Part shown: piece after piece, positions 14,402-28,569 of the stretch
Layout of the letters: each line of letters opens with the position of its first letter
Position numbering within the stretch: the first letter of the stretch is position 1
Assembly (NCBI RefSeq): GCF_001194135.2
Contig: NC_068986.1
Location: 31,256,467 to 31,308,956, forward strand
Origin: Octopus bimaculoides
Lineage: Eukaryota
Length of the DNA: 52,490 nucleotides
Direction: 5' to 3'
The notes under the pieces: model-generated
The model's input: only the letters and a program-made list of their open reading frames with translations
The model's database searches: none
What the model was told of the DNA's origin: nothing
Program-made: the position numbers and the translations under genes

Positions 14402-17400
14402 ATGCCTATGCGTGCAAATGTTAACAATTCTTGGCTTTGCTTGTCTCTGTCTGAGTGCAATGTTGTTGATATGATGTTTATATTCCTTGTTGACATTACA
14501 AATGGTTGCACTGCAATGCTAACTCTCTTCAACTGAGCATCCCTAATCTCACGGGCTCATAGGTGCTGGTGCCATGTAGAGAGCACTGGTGCTGGTGTTG
14601 CGTTAAAGCACTCAATACACTCTGTAAAGTGGTTGGCATTAGGAAGGGCATCCAGCCGTAGAAACCATGCCAAAACCGACAGGGGGCCTGAACAGCCCTT
14701 CAGCTGATCAGCACCTGTCAAACTGTTCAACCCATGCCAGCATGGAAAACAGATGTTAAATGATGATGATGATGAGTGGAGTAAAAAAAAATCTTTCACT
14801 TCTGAAACAGGTAAGGGCATCTCACTGTGAAATGCTGCTTCGATTAAGTTCTTGACCAACCCATGGTGAAATAGAAATGAAACATATGAATGAATGAACT
14901 GTTTTATGTAGATAACACTGGTGGCATGGAGACGGGAGGCTGGTATGCATGGGCGACTGCTTGCCTTCCATTGAACATCCATGCCCAGACTTGTGCCTAA
15001 GAGGGTAACTTTCTAGGTGCAATCCCATGGTCAGTCATAACCGAAGGGGGCCTCAGAGATGTATGTATATGTGTGTGTGTGTCTGTATGTATCATCATCA
15101 TTATCATCATTATTATTATCATTATTGTCCATGCTGGCATGGGTTGGACGGTTTGACCAGAACTAACAAGCTGGAGACCTGCATCAGACTCCAATCTGAT
15201 TTGGCATGGTTTCTATGGCTGGATGTCCTTCCTAACACTAACCACTTTGCAGAATGTGCTGAGGGCTTTTATGTAGCACCATCTCATGTGCTTTTCACCA
15301 CCAAAAGGGCTGGTCTTCACACTTCTACTGCATAGTGACCTGTAGCTATAGTAGAAGACACTTGCCCAAGCTGTCACGTGGTGGGACTGAACCCAGAACC
15401 ATGTGGTGAGGAAGCAAACCATTTACCATGCAGCTACACCTGTTTCGTCATTCGTTGTTGAACGTCCGCTTTCCATGCTAGCATGGGTTGGATGATTTGA
15501 CTGAGGGCTGGTGAACCAGATGGCTACACCAGGCTCTAATCTGATCTGGCAGAGTTTCTACAGCTGGATGCCCTTCCTCACGCCAACCACTCAGAGAATG
15601 TAGTGGGTGTCTTTACATGCCACCGGCACGAAGGCCAGTCAGGCAGTACTGGCAATGGCCATGCTCAAAATGGTGTATTTTATGTGCCACCCGCACAAGA
15701 GCCAGTCCAGGGGCACTGGGCAATGGGCACTGGCAACAATCTCGCTCAAAAATCCTTACACATGTCACGGGAACAAGTGCCAGAAAGGCGACGCTGGGCA
15801 CAGGTGCCATCCCGATTTCGCTTTCGCTTGCCCCAATAAGTCTTCGCAAGCTGAGTTTCGTGTTTGTGTATTAAAAAATATGAAATGCATTGTTTTGTTT
15901 GTACTGTTTCATAAGTGAAGAAATCCATTGGGAATTTAATTGCTGCTTATTTTTCTTTTCTCTCTTAGGACCAATGTATTACGCCGCCCCTCTTGCAGAA
16001 ATCACCAAAGATAGAAAACCAGTTCCTGCGAAAGTTCAGGTGAAGCAACCAACACATGACTCAACAGAAACCCGTTCTTTCTTCCCAGAAACCTGGCTAT
16101 GGGATATTGAAGTTGTTGGGTAATCCTCCTCTTCTGTCATCATCGCTGTTGTTGTCATCATCATTACCATCATACCTAACATTGCTGCTAGTGGTGGTAG
16201 CAGCTGCAATAGCATCATTGTTTCACCATTTTTTCTTTTTTTTTGTTCTTTTTTATATTTTTGCCATGACTATATAGGTTAGATTGATTTGCTCTACAAT
16301 GTATGAGGTATATATATTTTTTTTTAAATTTCCATGTTTTTTTAATTTTCAACATTTTCAACTCTTACTCTCTGCAGAAACATATAATATTTTCATCTTT
16401 TCTCTTGGATGCACAAATGCATGTTATATTTTCACCTCGTCAGTCCTTTCTGTAAAAGAGAAGTCAAACAAAAATGAGTAGAGGAAGGAATACTCTTGAG
16501 GTACTGATGCTGAGTATATTAATGTTTCTGAAATATGGGATCATTTTTCAGAGTGTGACAAATTTAGTGAGTAGGAAATAAAATTTGCCAGCCAGTTGGT
16601 AGGTGGAAATTCTTAAGTAAATATCAATGGAAGTGTCTGCAAGAAGTCGTCAATTTAGATATCTTTTTCAAAACAGCAGAAAGCTACAATTGACTGCCAT
16701 ACTCCAAGAGACAGAGATTACTTTCTGAAGCCAGTGATATAAAGAGATATGTATCCTTTAATGGACCTATAAATCATATAATTGTTATTTCTTATCATTA
16801 TCCTTTAGACTCCAGATATATTTGGAGAGTGAAGTGGCAAAGCACATTCCTGAGTGAATAAATGCTGTAAGAAATCTTTTTTAAAAGAATTTTCAATGAG
16901 TTCTATTGTAGTTTCTTTTAAAAGTTCACTGCCAAATGTATGCTTTAGAAATACACATATTGGAGTTGTTACAATAATGCTGAGTAGAAGAGTTCTGCAT
17001 GTTCATAATGGAGAGGTTTCTTCCCTTTATGCTTTTGAAGCAGTGAGGTTTTTAGTGCAAGTATAACTCACCTTAACATTAGTTTTATTAAGGATCTAAT
17101 GACATATACTGATAATATTAGAATGAAAATATAAAACTTCAGAGAGAATTGTGCAATATTGAAAATCCTCTTCCATTTTTGTATTTATGAATATTAATGT
17201 TACTATATATGTAATGCATTCGAGCTTTGAAGTCATTGACTTTTAATATGTCATTTCAATAATGAACAGTATGATTAATAAAGGTTCTTTGCCATAAGAT
17301 AAACTGGACATGTAGGTATTGAAGCTATTAAGTTTTTTTGTTATGCTTGGGGATGGGTGGAATCTATAGTAATAAACTGTAATTTCTCATTAGGGTATCA

Positions 17401-20400
17401 CACCATCTTTTATCAATGATTTATATATCAAGATGTGTTGAAATGAGCTTTGAAGCTATTGATTTTTAATATGCCATTTTAACAATAAACAGTATGATTA
17501 AAAAATGGTTCTTTACCATGAGATAAACTGGACATGTGCAGATTGATTTAAAAAGTTTCTTTACCATAAGATAAACTGGACATGTATATATTGATGCTAT
17601 TAAGTTTTTTTTTAATGTTTGAGGGTAGGTGGAATTTATATTAATGAACTGTAATTTCTCACTAGGGTAATATACCATCTTTTGCTAACAATTTATGAAT
17701 GTCGAGACAGGAAAAAAGAGTATTCAGTACATGCAACAGAAGTTATATTTCTTGTTCAGAGTTGATTGTCACCATCACTACTCATGAAAGAAAGACACAC
17801 ATATGAAAAAATTCCGAGTTGTGATAAAGTGTATTATGAACTTTATAAAAATGCATATGTCCATTGATGGCATGTACTATGCTTTCGCTAATTGATCTAG
17901 GTGCCTATGTAGTCAGGAGCAGACATAAGAACCGTCTCTGCCACCATGATCTTTGAGCCAGTATAACAATGATAGTGTGACAGCTGGAAGGAAGAAGAGC
18001 TGTACCAGCACTCAGATGGTACACAGTTTCATTTGAGAAGACAAGTGAAAAATGAAATAAAGTGGTCCTGCTCAATAACATAATATACTACCAGGTCCAA
18101 GAATTGAACTCATGCTCTTATGACCTTGAGCTTACTGTCTTAACCAATTGACCACTTGCCTTCACACACACACACACACACACTGTCCACTAAATCTATA
18201 TACAAGGCACTTGTCAGGCTGGAGCTATAGCAGAAGATAATGGCCCAAGGTGCTCACAGTGAGACAGAACTTAAAACCATCCAATTTCAAAGTAGACTTC
18301 TTAAATTTACACCTCTGTCTGCTCCTACATATACTAGTAACTAGATAATGATTCAGTTATTTCTCTTCTTGATTACTTTATTTTATTTTAAATGGACCAA
18401 GATATTCTTTCCTAACTCTGATGGATAAAACTAAGACAAATCATGCTTTTGGTTGTCAACTGCAGATCTGATGGAATGTTTACTACAAATAAGAAAGTTC
18501 CAGATACTATTACAACTTGGATTGGAAATGCAATTTGTACCAATAAAGAAGCTGGCATTGGGGTTTCAGAGCAAGTCAGTTTTAATGTTTTCAAACCATT
18601 TTTTGTATCATACACTTTACCATATTCTGCAGTCCGTGGGGAAAAAGTACCATTGATTATATCAGTGTTCAACTACCTGACTTCATGTTTAACTGTAAGT
18701 ATACACACTATAATTACCTTTTCTTTTATTTATTTACTGTTTTCTTTTTTTTTTTTTACTGGTTTTAGTTTTTATACTGTTGCCATACTGGAGCACGATC
18801 TTTGGTATGGAGTGGGGTGGTTAATTAAATTCATTGTCCCCCAAAACATTGTTTGGTACTTATTTAGTCCTACTTGATATAACAGCACCTTTATTGCATG
18901 GAAAAAATGCCATAAAGTAGTTTTGTTTAACCCTTTAGCAAGATCATAACTTCAGAGAAAGGAAAAATCAAAGTGGTTGATCAAGAAAATTATGCATACA
19001 CAAAAAAATAAACAGAATGCAGATGGATTGAGGATATACTGGAGGTGCAAAAATCATGTGTGCAAGGCGAGACTTTATGCAGATGAAAATTATAAAGAGC
19101 TTAAGAAGACTGGGATCCATAATCACACTTCAGCTGCTGCAGAGGTAAATGCAAGGATAATAGTTTCAAATATTAAAGTAAAGTCTATTTCATATTGTGA
19201 TGCTCCTCACTCATCGCTAGTGAAGTTCAGAATTTGAATGACTGTACATTGTCGCAAACACCTCTGTTTGCACAGCTTAATAGGAATATTAGACGTTGGA
19301 GGCAAGCTGATTCCAACTATCCTGCAACCCCTCTTACAAATGTTGGGTTTTCCATTCCAAATGAATACTCCTACTTTGACAATGATGAAACGTTTTTACA
19401 GTATGACAGCAAGATGGAAGATTCAAAACAAATACTAATATTTACAAGTGACGAAGCACTTTGACAGTTAAAACAGCACAAAAACTGGGTGGCAGATGGA
19501 ACATTAAAGTGCTGCTCTAGTATATTCTTCCAGTTATATATACTTCACATTCAAATTGATATAGTAGACATTTTGCCAAAATTAATGAATTACTGCAGAA
19601 TGAGGGACCTGATAATATAATTATGGATTTCAAAAAAGCAGCCCATAATGGATTTCTGGAATCGTTTCTTGGGTTGAATTTGGTGTGCTGCTTGTTTCAT
19701 TTAGAACAAAATATGTACAAGCATGTTGTGCAAGAAGGACTAAAATGCAGATATTATGAAGATTACAGTTTTTAGTCTAAAAAGGCAGTGTTTTGTTGCC
19801 CTTGCCTCCCTGCTTGTTGATGATGTTGTAGATGGATATGAACAACTTGTAGATGATGATGATATTCCACAGTCAATTGTATCCTATTTTGAAAATAATT
19901 ATATAGGACCACCTAAAGGAAGAGGACAGAGGAGGCGATGCCTTGAACCTCCATTTCTATTACTTATATGGAATGTTTGGGATTGATGTATGTCAGGGAT
20001 TGCTCATACTACAAATACTTTTGAAGCCTACCACAGCACGCTGAAAAACAGTGAATATTAGTCATCCAAATATTTGGAAACTTATTGATGTTATTAAATG
20101 TGAAGAAAGGTTTGCCAGTACCAAATTGCAGAAGTTTATGCAAGGAGAAAAACAAAGCCAAAATGAAGAATACAGAGATATGAACCAGCGTATAAACATG
20201 TCATGGATAAATATGGTGGTGGTGGTGGTTTTGGGGAGCTATGCAAGTCTTCTGGTTCAGAAGCAAGGCAGAGCCTTGTAGGAGTTTCCATATAAAAGGA
20301 GAGATTTCTGGTATAGGTAGTGAGGGTTGGAATGGGTGGGTGCATCACAGATAAGTAAATGGCCAGCTTCATTTCATATATATACATGTTACAGGTGAAG

Positions 20401-23400
20401 CTGCAATTGGTAACCTCCAAAGACTTTGTTATTCACAAACATCCTAATAAAACCAGCCTGTGTGTCTGCAGTGAAAAGTCTGAAGTTGTTGAGTATGTTA
20501 TCATTCCACAAGAAATTGGTGAAATTGACATCAATGTCACAGTGAGTATGTACTTTATACTTTATTTAGAATGTATTGAATTGCATCTATGTAATTCAAT
20601 AGGAGTGGGCATGGCTGTCTGGCCATTTTAAGCTTTATGTATCAACTCATTTTTGCCAGCTGAATGAACTGGAGTAATGTGAAATAAAGTATCTTGCTTA
20701 CAGATGCAACACACTGTCAGGAATCAAACTCATGCTCCTACGATCGTCAGCCAAATACCCTAACTTCTAAGCTACACACCTGATGGTGATGAATCTTTTA
20801 CAAAATATCAATTTGGAATTATAAATTATAAATGCTACAGAAAAAGAAAACAAATCAAATTAGTTTATTATTAGTAAAAAGATAAAGGCAGTGAGCTGGT
20901 AGAATCGTTAGCATGCCAGACTCGTTAGCATGCTTAGTGGCATTTTGTGTCTTAACATTCTGAGTTCAAATTCTGCTGAGATTGACCTTGTCTTTCTCCT
21001 TTTCAGTGGTCCATAAAATACCAGTTGAGTACTGGTGTCAATGTAATTGACAAGTCCCCGCCCCCAGATTTCAGGCTGTGTGCCTATAGCAGAAAGAATT
21101 ATTTGTAAAAGGATATGTTTAATATACAAATTGATTTTTGCCAAAACGGACCACAACTACTCTTCTCAAAATATTATAGTTAGAATTTGATTTAATATTA
21201 TTATAATTATTATTTATTCTTGATACAATTTTTCAGTTTTTCATAGTTTTATGACTTTCTTTTTTTAATTTTTCTTAGGCCAAAGCACTGAATAAGAGAA
21301 GTACATGTGATTCCAAAGGATTTCAAATCAAGCAGAGGTCTGAAGATAATTTATCAAGGAAACTTCTTATAACTGTAAGAGCCTCACCACTTGTCACCTA
21401 TTAGATCATTTTCTTGATAATATCATTTAGAATTATCCAAAAAAGCTTGTATATGTAATTGAATGTGTGCTAACATAATCAGTGAAGTGAGCCAAAAAAA
21501 AGGTACCTTATCAACTGAAATCATAATAATTCTGCTTGTTCCTTCGTTACTTAGCCCATCTGTAACACTTTCACACGATTAGCTGAAGAGGGGAGGGGAG
21601 GAGAGCGATGGGGACAGGAGGATGGGAAGAGAGGGATGGGAATGGGAAGGTAAAAGTGGTGGTAAGTGAAATGTGCAATTTGTTTTTAACTAAGTTGTTT
21701 TCCTCCGTTACTTAGCCCGTCTGTAATGCTTTCACATGATTAGTTGAAAGGAAGGTGAAGAGCAAAAGAAAAGGGGAGAGAAAAAGAAGGTAAGGTGCAG
21801 AGCGAGGGAGAAAGAGGGAGACGTGCTGTGTATGAAGTCTATAAAATTGTACATAAAGTATATAAAGTGTTATTCAGTGATAAGGATTTGGGTGTTCAAT
21901 CCACTGAATTACCTTCTCCTGAATTAAAAAATTAATGTGTAAATGACTGAGTAATCCACAGATACATGTACCCTAGGCATCATTCTCTGATAGAAACAGT
22001 GTGTAACAAGGCTGTAGCTTTTGAATTACAGTCACAATCCACTAGATGGTTTTCTATACTAGGTTATAGAAAAATGCCCTTTAGCTAAGATCCTATGCAG
22101 TGAGATTGAACATGGGCCCTTGCCTTTTGGAAGTTCACTTCTTGACCATTCTGCACTTATACACATACATTGACATTTAATGCTCATGTTCTGTACTGGC
22201 ATGAGTCGAACAATTTGATAGGATCCGATGGGCCCAGGGACTGGATTGTGCTCAAATGCCTGCTTTATGGCTGGATAGAATTTCTAGACCCAACTTCTTT
22301 ACAGCATTTACTGGGTAATTTGTTTTGTGCTGCCAGAACTAGTGGGGTCCCCATGCAGCTTGCAAGACAAGGAACCCCAAGAATGGAGCAACTTTATGTT
22401 AGGAGAATAAGGAGTAGAGAGGAGAAAAGGGCTGTAGAGGAGCTGTATGACCACTTACATTTTAGAAGACGTGATTGTAAAAGGCATTATTTATACAAGA
22501 TGCTATGTAGCAGGATCAAGCCTTTTACCATTTGGGCATGGTTGGATGGGGCTGGAAAGTGATATAGATAGTTGAAATGAGGACCATCAAAGTATGATGT
22601 TGGTAGAAATGAGTGGACAGAAGTGCCAGGAGTGAGTGGGTGAGCTGGGGATGTCTGATAATGTGGAACAGCAGAAGAGTAATGATGATACAGTAGATAG
22701 GAGAAGAATGAGAGATGATATGATGTTGGGTAGGTTGCAGGAGGGGATAGGGAAGAGAGAGAGGTAGGCATGTTGTATGGCGAGAGTGTGTCGTATGGTG
22801 ATGGGGAAGGAGAAATAATTTGGTGGCGCAGTAGGGCTGGGTGATCAATGAAAGTATGGTCAAAGAGAATGGTATCAATGAATGAAGGGTAGATACTAAG
22901 TGAGGTTGCTCTAGGTAATTTATGCATCCCTTTGTGAATTATTTTGTCTGATTTTTAAACAAGAGAGTAAAGTCATTTTAAGCAATTTTCTTTGAAGTAT
23001 TTCTGTCTAATATAATTTCACTTGTTTTTATCCCTCCAAATATAAATATTAAGACTTTCAAATTTAACGGTTTTGCTGGTTTAAAAATTAAAAAAAAACT
23101 TTCTTTTTAGGCTGAAGGACTTCTCAGAGAATATACGTATAATTCTTTCTTTTGTTTAGAAGGTAAGTTTTCTATTTTTGTTCTTGTTTTCCTGTCATCT
23201 TTGCAATTATTTCACTCTGGGTTTGATTCCACTGTATTGCACATTGTGCAAAGGTCTTCTAAATCTGTGTTGACCCAAACACTGTGAGTAAAATTGGGCA
23301 GATGGAAACTGTGCAGAAGCTCTGTGGCTGAACTGTACTTGTTCCTGGAAACCTTTCATGTATGCATTTATGTATATATATATATATATATATATATTTA

Positions 23401-24374
23401 TACATCATCATCATCATTGTCATTTAATGTCTGCTGGCATGGGTTGGACGGTTTGACTGAGCACTGGCAAGCTAGAAAGCTGCACCAGGGTCCAGTCTGA
23501 TCTAGCAAGTTTCTACAACTGAGTGCTCTTCCTAACGCCAAACACTCCGAGAGTGTAGTGGGTGCTTTTTACGTGCCACCAGCACACAGGCCAGTCAGGT
23601 GGTACTGGCATCGACCATGTTTGGATGGTGCTTTTTATGTGCCAATGACACAGGAGCCAGTCAGGCAGCACTGGTATCGACCACACTCGAATGGTACTTT
23701 TATACACCACCGGCACAGGTGCCAATCAGGCGGTACGGTCATCAGTCACGACAATAACTTCACTTACTTCAGCAGGTCTTTGCAATCACAGTTTATTGCC
23801 CAACAATTGAAGGATACTCTTAAATGGGCTGGTTATGCTTCACTGGCAGAGGTCATGTTTAAAGTCTCACTTGGCTTGCCGGATCTTCTCAAGCACAGTA
23901 TATTTCTAAAGGTCTTGGTTTAATTATCATCGCCTTGTTGAGGGCCAATGTTCAAAGGTCATACTTCACCACCTCATCTCGGGTCTTCTTGGGTTTACCC
24001 CTTCCACAGGTTCCCTCTATTGCTAATAATAAGGATTCAGATAGAATCAGGTACTTGATGCATAAGAAACAGCTGACAATTATTCATAAAGGGTTAATTG
24101 TTTAAATTTTTGTATATTTTATCATTTAGAATAAATGTTTATCTCTATAACTATAAAACAGGGGATGTTTGTGTGTGTGTGTGTGTACGTGAATGTGGTT
24201 TATGCACGTCCACAAATTAGCACGCATGTTGTTCCAATTTTAGGAGAAGATTCGGAATGACCCTATGTGCATTTTAGTGAACTTTCTCTCTCAGAGGTAC
24301 CCGCGTATACCTGTAAAAATCGATAAACTCTCTCTCTATCTCTCCCTCCCTTACATACACATGCCAGTTATCTC

Positions 24375-24413
<39 letters not shown>

Positions 24414-27400
24414 CACACACACACACAGCAATATTACACACAAAACACATGTTGCCAAAAAGAAATAGACGCTATNNNNNNNNNNNNNNNNNNNNNNNNN
24501 NNNNNNNNNNNNNNNNNNNNNNNNNNNNNNNNNNNNNNNNNNNNNNNNNNNNNNNNNNNNNNNNNNNNNNNNNNNNNNNNNNNNNNNNNNNNNNNNNNNN
24601 NNNNNNNNNNNNNNNNNNNNNNNNNNNNNNNNNNNNNNNNNNNNNNNNNNNNNNNNNNNNNNNNNNNNNNNNNNNNNNNNNNNNNNNNNNNNNNNNNNNN
24701 NNNNNNNNNNNNNNNNNNNNNNNNNNNNNNNNNNNNNNNNNNNNNNNNNNNNNNNNNNNNNNNNNNNNNNNNNNNNNNNNNNNNNNNNNNNNNNNNNNNN
24801 NNNNNNNNNNNNNNNNNNNNNNNNNNNNNNNNNNNNNNNNNNNNNNNNNNNNNNNNNNNNNNNNNNNNNNNNNNNNNNNNNNNNNNNNNNNNNNNNNNNN
24901 NNNNNNNNNNNNNNNNNNNNNNNNNNNNNNNNNNNNNNNNNNNNNNNNNNNNNNNNNNNNNNNNNNNNNNNNNNNNNNNNNNNNNNNNNNNNNNNNNNNN
25001 NNNNNNNNNNNNNNNNNNNNNNNNNNNNNNNNNNNNNNNNNNNNNNNNNNNNNNNNNNNNNNNNNNNNNNNNNNNNNNNNNNNNNNNNNNNNNNNNNNNN
25101 NNNNNNNNNNNNNNNNNNNNNNNNNNNNNNNNNNNNNNNNNNNNNNNNNNNNNNNNNNNNNNNNNNNNNNNNNNNNNNNNNNNNNNNNNNNNNNNNNNNN
25201 NNNNNNNNNNNNNNNNNNNNNNNNNNNNNNNNNNNNNNNNNNNNNNNNNNNNNNNNNNNNNNNNNNNNNNNNNNNNNNNNNNNNNNNNNNNNNNNNNNNN
25301 NNNNNNNNNNNNNNNNNNNNNNNNNNNNNNNNNNNNNNNNNNNNNNNNNNNNNNNNNNNNNNNNNNNGTCATTCTATTTTCCTTGCTGGAAGGGTTCCTA
25401 ACCCATGAGCAAAGAGGGGTTAGATGATGGCGGTGGTGTTTTCAAAGGGATGGCATGTGTAACCTGATCACCTCTGCCGATCAAACTCTCAACCCATGCA
25501 CTCCAGTTGCAACACTGATTCTGCCCAAATTTGACGTCATGTTACTTAGTTTGGTTTGAAATAAAGAACTTGATTAGCTTAATAATCCCAACTTAATCCC
25601 GGGCAAAGCCGGGCTATACTGCTAGTAAGAAATAAATTTGTCTTTCTGCTAAAAAAAATTTTTTATATTTTAAAAAATTTATAAAATTTCAAAAAAGTAT
25701 TATTTCTTAAGGTTTTAGAATTGCTCAGGCAGCAAGGTAGCAGAATCATTACAGTACCAAAATAAATGCTTAGCAGTATTTCTTCTGTCTTCATGTTCTG
25801 AGCTCAAATGCCACTGGAACCAACGTTGCTTTCATTGTTTCAGAGTCAACAAAATAAGCATCAGTTGAACAGAAGAACTGATGTAATTGAGTTAACCCCT
25901 TCCCACGAACCTGCAGGCCTTGTGCCAGCATTTGAAACAACCCATATTTTAAAGTTGCTTTAAATCATTGTGCTATATTTGAAATTTAAATTGAGAAAAA
26001 GAAAAATGAACTGAATATCTAAATTTTTTATTTTTACCATTTTTTTTTTCTATGCAGCTGATGAAGACTCTGTTAAAGTGGATACTGTTAGGCTGGATCT
26101 TCCCAAAACTCATTTGGTTCCAGAGTCATCCAGAGCCTTTGTTTCAGTCATTGGTAAATTGCTATTTTCAATACATTTTTTAATACATTATATGGGTCGG
26201 TATTAAATATTATCTTCATTTCAACTGAGATTAACCTTTAGCACGCTGTAGGAGCATTATGTCACCATATGAGCTTTCTTCCCTGTAGTAACAGGGCAGC
26301 GGCAGAGGAGACAATTCTGGAGAAAATGCAGTGGGATAAAGGTTAAAGTCATTAAATAATTATATTATTTACATTATAGGTGCAGGAGTGGTTGTGTGGT
26401 AAAAAGCTATTGGTGCAAGGCTTGGCTGTGTGGTAAGAAGCTTCCTTCCCAACCACATGGTTCTAGGTTCAGTCCCACTGCATGGCACCTTGTCTTCTGC
26501 TATAGCCTCAGGCCAACCAAAGCCTTGTGAGTGGATTTGATAGGCAGATAGGAAGCCTGTCATATATATATTTATATAAAGGCATTATTATACATGAATG
26601 CCCTTATATAAATAAATATATTTTAGGAATAAATGATGGNNNNNNNNNNNNNNNNNNNNNNNNNNNNNNNNNNNNNNNNNNNNNNNNNNNNNNNNNNNNN
26701 NNNNNNNNNNNNNNNNNNNNNNNNNNNNNNNNNNNNNNNNNNNNNNNNNNNNNNNNNNNNNNNNNNNNNNNNNNNNNNNNNNNNNNNNNNNNNNNNNNNN
26801 NNNNNNNNNNNNNNNNNNNNNNNNNNNNNNNNNNNNNNNNNNNNNNNNNNNNNNNNNNNNNNNNNNNNGGCGACTCCGGCACTCAGGCTGTTCAGGCTTA
26901 GCCTGAGTATAAATTTAGTAAAGTGAATGTGTATTTGAAAGCTGATTGAATTTCTGCCAACACTGACTTCGAGTATATAATTGCAGCCAATAACTTGGGC
27001 TCCTTTTATTGAGCCTGGTTGCAGTTTATTTATTTCCATTCAGCATCTAGTGGTTGTCTTAGAGGTGCCCTGTGATGTCAAAAAATATCATTGGTAGCTG
27101 ATGTTTTCTCGATATCTTTCACACACGCCTGAATTGGGCTCAGAAGTTACAGCCCGAGTTATTGTCTATAATTGTAGAAATTAAAAGTAATTCAAATTCA
27201 ATGTTTTCTTGAAACAATAAATTTCTATAGAGATTAGGATTTAAATTTCAATCTACGAAAAGTTTCTATTCCACAATATTATTAAAGGAGTGAAAAATTA
27301 TCCAGCAATTTGGGCTAATACAAATGAGCCTAGTAGGTGTAAAAGACTAACTGGTATCTCTTGTCAAGAGTACAGGTGAGAGTCAGATCGTTGATGTTTG

Positions 27401-27607
27401 TTGTGCACTCTGCTGTCGTTATTTGATTGTCGTTATTCTGTGCGTCTGTGTGTAAAGAACTTAGAAATGGAGAAAGATATAGTGCTAGATGTAAAAAATA
27501 AGCCATTGGAGCAAGAAATAAAGCGGGAAAATATGAAATTCTTTGAGCAGGCATGTGTCTTCTGTGAAATCTGTGATAAGCCTGAGTAATGCTGATGACT
27601 TGGAGTC

Positions 27608-27664
<57 letters not shown>

Positions 27665-28534
27665 ATAAACTCTGTGTGTGTGTGTTTGTATCTGCGTTTG
27701 TTCCCCTCATCAAAAGGGTTGTGCTATTGTCATCATTTCCAAGATTTTTTTATAAACTAATATTATATAAAATATACTAAATTTCAATTAATTCATTAAG
27801 TTATTAGTTAAGTCCAGTTGAACTGATGAATTGATTGTTGCCATTATATTTGTAGGAGATCTTATGGGGCCAACTCTGTCTGGTCTGGAGAACCTTGTTA
27901 AAATGCCTTATGGATGTGGAGAACAAAATATGGTTGGATTTGTACCAAATATCTATGTTATGCAATATTTAAAAAATATTGACAAAAAAGAATCCCCATT
28001 GATTTCTTTAGCCACCAAATACATGGAGAAAGGTAATTTTGTGTAAAATTTATATAAAATTAAAACAAGATTTTATTTTTCAATATTGTATTTAGTTTAT
28101 AAAGTTGTTTTAAGTCCTTATATAGTTCATTTAAAATTTCAATGTATATTGAAGGAAAACAAAAAGAGTAATTTATTTCATAGTCTAATTGAATATAAAT
28201 ATTTGAATACACATATAAATAAACAGACAAAATATATACTCACACATAAAGGCTGTTACATAATGTGGAATGCATATATATGTACACACACATACATGTA
28301 CATATATATATTATACACACATACACATACACAGAGGCGTAGGAGTGGCTGTGTGGTAAGTAGCTTGCTTACCAACCACATGGTTCTGGGTTCAGTCCCA
28401 CTGCGTGGCATCTTGGGTAAGTGTCTTCTACTATAGCCTCAGGCCGACCAAAGCCTTGTGAGTGGATTTGGTAGATGGAAACTGAAAGAAGCCCGTCGTA
28501 TATATGTATGNNNNNNNNNNNNNNNNNNNNNNNN

Positions 28535-28569
<35 letters not shown>

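Noticed and set aside
14211-14536. ORFs with poly-CV / poly-HT
   Set aside because: Translations of a (TG)n microsatellite.
22170-22927. Overlapping ORFs of 117-146 aa
   Set aside because: No recognisable motifs; low-complexity, purine-skewed sequence, probably a decayed retroelement that I cannot classify.
24434-25408. Two ORFs over 300 aa in the ORF track
   Set aside because: They consist almost entirely of N gap translated as X; the same applies to the ORFs at 26527-27039.
26869-27600. Possible Penelope-like or other retroelement remnant (similar impression at ~16480-17090)
   Set aside because: Only vague peptide resemblance; not enough to support a call without a profile search.
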